DNA from: Octopus vulgaris
Lineage: Eukaryota
Length of the DNA: 64,000 bases
Assembly (NCBI GenBank): GCA_951406725.2
Contig: OX597818.1
Coordinates: forward strand, 62,868,001 to 62,932,000
Reading direction: 5' to 3'
Shown here: positions 57,120-64,000 of the stretch, one piece after another
How positions within the stretch are numbered: the stretch's first letter is position 1
How the letters are laid out: each line of letters begins with the position of its first letter
Position numbers and translations under genes: made by a program
The notes under the pieces: generated by a model
Told to the model about the DNA's origin: nothing
The model's input: only the letters and a program-made list of their open reading frames with translations
Databases searched by the model: none

Positions 57120-57675
57120 AATTTGCTGGAAGGTCTAGCAGTGTACATCGGTCGATATAAGGTAATCTTGAAATAATTTACTGCACAAATCATGACTCGG
57201 ATCGAATTTTCGTTTCAATGATTTATAGATCTGTAGTTAATTTAAGAAAGAAATTTGTGTTCTTTATAACAGTGAAGTATTGTCGCGTTTTATGAACTAA
57301 TAATAGAATAAAGGTTTAGAATCAAGAAGTAGCAGTGTCTTGTGTGGCTTGTGACTGGCTTTGTGGTAGAATATGTTGGCAACATAATCTATCTAGACTT
57401 ACGAGTCTTATGAGAACATGTTTGGTTTTCCTGAAATTTGAGATTTATTTCCGACATAATAAACACAATTTGCTGGAAGGTCTAGCAGTGTACATCGGTC
57501 GATGATAAGGTAATCTTGAAATAATTTACTGCACAAATCATGACTCGGATCGAATTTTCGTTCAATGATTTATAGATCTGATATATTTGGAGACAGGTGG
57601 TCAATCAGTGATTTTTGCTAAAGTTCTGTGAAGTATTGTCGCGTTTTATGAACTAATAATAGAATAAAGGTTTAG
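57120..57675. repeat. Bipartite direct repeat: block X (114 nt) + unrelated spacer + block Y (48 nt), twice
   Basis: X 57120-57233 and 57467-57580; Y 57272-57319 and 57628-57675 (identical); spacers of 38 and 47 nt are unrelated. Confidence 0.93.
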
Positions 57676-57942
57676 GCAATCACTAAAAAAGATTTCGCCC
57701 CGGTCTCTTTCAGAATATTTCTGCAAATTGGGTTAGCATTATTTGGTTTGAAATTTGTTTCTAGCTCCAATGAGTTCCCTATTCACACATTTATTGTTTA
57801 GAATCTTTCATATATATACAAAGTAATCCTTTCTACTATAGGCACAGGGTCTGGAATTTGTGGGAGGGTCCTAGTCGATTTCATCGACCCCAGTACGCAT
57901 TTAGTACTTAATTTATCGGCTACGAAAGGATAAAAGGCTAAC

Positions 57943-58266
57943 TCGACTTCGGTAGAATTTGAACTCAGAGCGTAAGGACAAACAAAATAAGTATAAGTGT
58001 ATTAATAGGTAAATATATGTTTATGTGTGTATATATACGAATGTGTATGTGTGTGTGTGTGTGCATGTGGATATGCACGAGCGTGCATGGGTGTATGTAT
58101 ATGTATATATCCACTATCTGAGATTTATTGTATATATTGTAGATTAAAGAAGCTAATGACTTAAATCTTCATAACATATTATTATTATTATACAATCTTC
58201 GTAACATATACATTTCTTGCCACGGGTATTTGGCGCAGTGGTTTAAAGTTCGATTCCAGGCTGTGA

Positions 58267-58338
<72 letters not shown>

Positions 58339-58367
58339 TAATAATAATAATGATAATAATAATGATG

Positions 58368-58438
<71 letters not shown>

Positions 58439-58551
58439 CGACTTCGGCAGAAGGACAAACAAATAAGTAAAAGTGTATTAATAGGTAAATATATGTATAT
58501 GTGTGTATATATACGAATGTGTATGCGTGTGTTTGTGTGTGCATGTGGATA
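57943..58551 (+). repeat. Local ~115-130-nt direct duplication bracketing an HHR-SINE head and (AAT)n
   Basis: 57943-58073 ~ 58438-58551; head cacgggtatttggcgcagtgg..gttcgattccaggctgtgacctg at ~58220-58270. Confidence 0.8.
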
Positions 58552-59228
58552 ATGTAAATAATGAACACATGAATTTATCGCAAAAGAGCAATTTAGGAAG
58601 CTTTCATACGCACATACCTACACATTTGGGTTGTGATACAACATTCTATGCGCAAATTTCTAAGATGGCAACAAGGTGCAGGTGCGTGACTAGGTCGTTT
58701 CTGAGATCAATCAGAACCGGAAAAAGGGGTGCTATTCTACTCTAACAAACATTATTCGTTTTAGTCTAGATTACTGGTACCAAAAGTATCAAATAACAGC
58801 GGAACTCAAATCATTATTCAACGAAGGTTGACTCTCTGTGGGCGATGAGCTACTGTGAGCGGATGAAGGAATGGAAGGTAGAATCCCTGAAGACAAGATC
58901 TAAAAAAGATACAGTCATATACATACAGAAGCTCCTGGAAGTCATAGTTCATAAGTCCGGCATCGAAAATCTATGCTAACGCTCGGCTTGAACGACCCTG
59001 CATAATACCAAAGATCCAGTCTTCTCTACCTACAATAAAGAAATATTACTATAAGAGGTTCGCTTTCGTGGATCTACAAATTTTCAGTACTTCGTCAAGC
59101 AACATCAGACATCTGTGAGACGTAGATGTAAATAAAGATTTCCAAAGAAGATTCGAGAATATTTTTATATTTATCTGAGACACCGAAAGAAACCACATCA
59201 CGACAAGAAACAGACTGAAAGGAGAGCA

Positions 59229-59271
<43 letters not shown>

Positions 59272-59344
59272 TTAAATAATCTTATGTATTGGCTTAAGTT
59301 TTTCATTGTTTGATTTGCCTAATAGTGGTTTTGTCTCTAATTTA

Positions 59345-59387
<43 letters not shown>

Positions 59388-59624
59388 TCTCTCTCTCTCA
59401 CACACACACACACACATGTCTGTGTGTATTTACAGTCTAACGAAATGTAGCACACCGTCGCTTCAAAGTCACTGTCAAGCTTTCCTCATAAAACTGTAAT
59501 AAATAAGTACTCTATAGATAGTATTTAGCTGTTCTCCAGTTTAGCAAAGACTATTTTTGTTATTACTAGATATAAAATATAAAGATTAATTTATGACTAT
59601 ACATATATTTATATGAGTATATGT

Positions 59625-59952
<328 letters not shown>

Positions 59953-61812
59953 CATGTATTTGTCTATATGCGCGTGTGTGAGTGCGTATGTATGTTTAAT
60001 ATACTTATGCCTCCATATAAACAGACCTATAAACATAGACACACTTATGCACACATATAAACACACACACACACACACACAGGCACACCCACATATAGAT
60101 CTTATATTTCAATGACATTCAAATTATGGATCTTGGAAATTTTTGGCATTGGAGTATATAAATATTGTTGGAGAGAATGGAGTGGTTTATATTTTTATTC
60201 GTTACCAGTTACTAATCTCTTTACCAATAACCAAATACACAAATAGAAACTACCACACACACAAATATATTCGTGGATATTGGTTGTATTTTCTATAATC
60301 ATATTGTGCTTTATTTTGTTAAAAGTGGAAAATGAAATAAAAGCTAAAATAATTCATAAATACTAATAGAAAAAAAAACTGAAAGAAACGGATATTTTGT
60401 ATCAGAAATTTGATTGTCCATGGCGACTGCTGTGGAGATAAAGTCTCATGGCTCTCAAAAAAGACAGATAAAAAGCGCTGATTATAAATACGAACAGAAA
60501 TATGAATATTCTGAAATGAGGCCATAACAATAGACCAGCCGACATTAAGACTCCAGGAAAAAGTGAAATTTGAATGTACCACCATGATAAATATATATGG
60601 ACAATATATATAAATTAAACTTGAGCTAGACTAATCAAATTACACAGAATCACACTATTCGATCGTATGAAAGAAGGGGAAAAGCAAGTGGTTTTAATAG
60701 TGAAGTTTATCTCAGCGGAAGCAGTGTTTGAGAATACGCTAATCTGGTTCGCGAAGAATTTATCTTCAGAGAGATGATTTTAGAATCAAATCAAGTTTAG
60801 TACTTAACTTCACACGATACACGTCATTGTATTGTAAACTCTCATGTGTTTAAATATCTTGTTTAGCAGCTGGAACGACCAGTCGTCAAGAACAAATATT
60901 GGAAAGCACCGTATTTCTATTGTTTATTATCAAACATATAGAAATCCGACATTTTTGTCTGTAACAGAAAAACATGATAAGTTTATTTATACTTTCTACT
61001 TTTTCTCGATGCCTATATCAGTGCTATAACAATATTCTTCGCAGAAAGAGAATTTAAAAGATAGCTTATCAATTTTGTCGGTAGCAATCATTGACCGAGA
61101 TAAGCAGGCGTAACAAGATATTCAAAGAGAAATTCAAGTGAGTCTGAATATATTGGCTATCAAAACGTTAGAAAACGTCTCAATCGATGTTCGAGTTATC
61201 GCAGTCAATAATGATATTTTCATTCTGGATTTGTGAAAACAATAAAGATACAGAACAACACAATTATTAACTTATTAAGGACTATATCTCATAACTAATA
61301 AAGATTGTAAAGAGTGTTGCAGCCAGTCACCTTTAGATCTTTATTTTATAGAATTTACACTTTCGCTAGTTTTGTGTTATGTTGGGGAAAGGTTATTGAA
61401 TATGTCGAAATGTAGTTTGACGCGGAACATCAATTAACAGCAATATTATAATCATATAATAAAGCGGTTTTATCAGAATTTATGTAGAGTCGGAAATTAT
61501 ATAGGAACGTTGCATTGCTTATAGGGGAAAATTTACGATTAAGCATTTGCTTTCTAAGAACATATTGATATGTAAAAGCTAATTTATTTCAGAAGCACCG
61601 GAATATATTCTGAAATGAAAAGCACCTATTGTAGCCAAGAGAACGCAGTGCAAGAATATAGTCTCACTGTAGGAGAACTTACTCTAGAATCACGTTTAGC
61701 CAAAGGGGAACTCCGTGTAGTCGGAACCAGAAGCCAATGCGTTCGGCAATCAATAAAATAAAATAACTCACACAGCACATACTTTTCTGGGTCATTATTC
61801 TACACAGACTGG

Positions 61813-62357
61813 AAGGCGTCGAGCTAGCAGAAATGTTAGCACGCCGAGTTCAAATTCCGCCGAGGTCGACATTGCTTTTCATCCTTTCGGTGTCGATAAA
61901 TTAAGTACTAGTTATGGACTGGGGTGGATGTAATCGTCTTAATCCCTTTGTCTGTCCTTGTTTGTCCCCTCTGTGTTTAGGCCCTAGTAGGCAATAACGA
62001 AATAAGAAACATTAGCTGCTGCTACGTTCTGAGTTCAAATTCCGCCGAGGTCGACTTTGCCTTTCATCCTTTCGGGGTCGATTAAATAAGTACCAGTTAC
62101 GTACTGGGGTCGATATAATCGAATTAATCCGTCTGTCTGTCCTTGTTTGTCCCCTCTGTGTTTATCCCCTTGTGGGTAGTAAAGAAATAGGTATTTCATC
62201 TGCCGCTACGTTCTGAGTTCAAATTCAGCCGAGGTCGACTTTGCCTTTCATTCTTTCGGGGTCAACAAATTAAGTACCAGTTGCGTACTGGCGTCCGTCT
62301 AATCGACTAGAGGCCTCCCCAAGAATTTCGGGCCTTATGCCTAGAGTACAAAAGAAT
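61813..62357 (+). mobile_element. SINE family B trimer; last unit has the alternative tail
   Basis: Units ~61813-62007, 62008-62190 and 62191-62357 (..aatttcgggccttatgcctagagtacaaaagaat). Confidence 0.88.
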
Positions 62358-62574
62358 ATCCTACAAAGTTCGGAAGGCTGGTGATATTCTAGAAGTATTT
62401 TATTCATGGTTATAATGCGGAGGGAGCATTGTGCTTTGGCTTTCTTTTATTTTTTTATGTTTCAGCCATTCGACTGCTGCCATGATGGAGTACCGCCTTT
62501 AGTCGAACAAATCGACCTCAAAGACTTATTCCTTGTAAGCGTAGCACTTATTCTTTGTGGTTAATCATAATATT

Positions 62575-62795
62575 TATTTCTTTATTGCCCACAAGGGACT
62601 AAACATAAAGGGGACAAACAAGGACAAATGGATTATGCCGATTGCATCGACCCCAGTGCGCAAGTGATACTTATCTAATCCAGCCCAAAAGGAAGAAAGG
62701 CAAAGTCGACCTCAGCTGAATTTGAATTCAGAATATAACGGCAGACATTAAGCATATCGCCCGGCGTGGTAATGATTCTGTCAGCTCGCCCCTTT
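62575..62795 (-). mobile_element. SINE family B monomer with 15-bp TSD
   Basis: GTTAATCATAATATT 62560-62574 and GTTAATCCTAATATT 62799-62813. Confidence 0.85.
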
Positions 62796-62987
62796 TTAGT
62801 TAATCCTAATATTGGACTTTAATACGCCTCAAATGTATCTGAGAGCTTTCATTTGCGCATATTTGAATAACTGAACCCCCTACACCTGCGAAATATTGGT
62901 ACAGTCCATTCCACGTGTCATCGACTCATATTCACGCAAATTCACTTTGTTCAATTCTGAGGTTTAAGAAAACGTATCTGCTTATAT

Positions 62988-63056
62988 GGCCTGAAGGTAA
63001 GGTCGAACCGACGACCTCATGATTACGAAACAAATGACTTAACCACGTTGGATAGC
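62988..63056 (-). pseudogene. Decayed tRNA-like sequence (possible Thr-CGT origin or isolated SINE head)
   Basis: Minus: gtggttaag..ttgtTTCGTAAtcatgaggtcgtcGGTTCGAcc; stems poorly paired. Confidence 0.45.
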
Positions 63057-63514
63057 ATTTGGTTGATTCTGTATTTCAAATATGAAAGAGGCAATGTGAA
63101 AGTATGGTGTTTCTATGTGATCAATTACACCTAGACATTATTTCAAAGAATATAGATGGGCATTTTAATATTCACCTCCCTTTCCCTGACACAGTAACTT
63201 ATCATAATAGAACTAAGACGGAACATTCTCCTTTGAAATGAAAACGCTTGAAGAAAGAAATGAAAGAAAAAATATTTTGGGGGCAATCACAAACTTATAC
63301 ACGGCTCAGAGAATTTCCAGGGGAATATTGGCAAATACATGAAAGGAACTAGTTATTTATTGAGCTAGATTCATAGAACAAGTATGTTTTAATACATCCA
63401 TACACCATAAATAAAATCCAACGCCAAGTACAAGTGTTTATCAAGTCAAGTGCAATTTTGATGGAATAAAATACAAACAATATCATTTCACGAACTAATC
63501 AATGCAAAATATTA

Positions 63515-63611
<97 letters not shown>

Positions 63612-64000
63612 TCTGTGCGTGTGTGTGTGTGTATATGCATGTATGTGTTTATATATGCAACGAATATATAACAAATATATATTTAGCTTATATATACATA
63701 TATATGCCTTTATATATATATGTATATGTATGTATGTATATATAAATTTATTCTTATTTTATGTATACAAACATATATATAAAAGACGGTCTATCAACTG
63801 AAAACGAAACATCTATCGCAAATATAAAAGAAATATAAAATTATAAACAAAACGGAATGAAAAATTAATGAAAAAGAAAACAAAGCAAAACCAGGATGAA
63901 AATAGTAATTGTTAAAAAGCAGTTCAACATAAACTGTATATTTTGAAATTTCTTTCACCCTAACGTGTGGTTATTTACACAAAAATAATGTCGGTGCGGA

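Overview
AT-rich, microsatellite-saturated animal non-coding DNA. The repeat complement (tRNA-headed SINEs with internal TA/TG microsatellites, (TA)n/(AAT)n arrays) suggests an octopus or other coleoid cephalopod; this is inference. No host protein-coding exon could be supported, and nearly all listed ORFs are microsatellite or transposon artefacts. Recognisable content: three different R4/Dong-type non-LTR retrotransposon relics in (AAT)n, an RTE fragment, a DD37D (maT) and a mariner relic, a Penelope-like (PLE) GIY-YIG relic, a Helentron-type non-autonomous element, at least four SINE families and a 5S rRNA pseudogene fused to a SINE tail. The main unexpected signal is a set of at least four sequence families of minimal type-I hammerhead ribozyme (HHR) motifs with palindromic (dimerising) stem III. 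They sit in short microsatellite-embedded elements, often with inverted partial duplications. One family is a tRNA-headed SINE carrying an HHR that appears to have moved together with its 3' flank. A separate unexplained block-spacer-block duplication lies at 57.1-57.7 kb. All calls are by eye; element boundaries are approximate.
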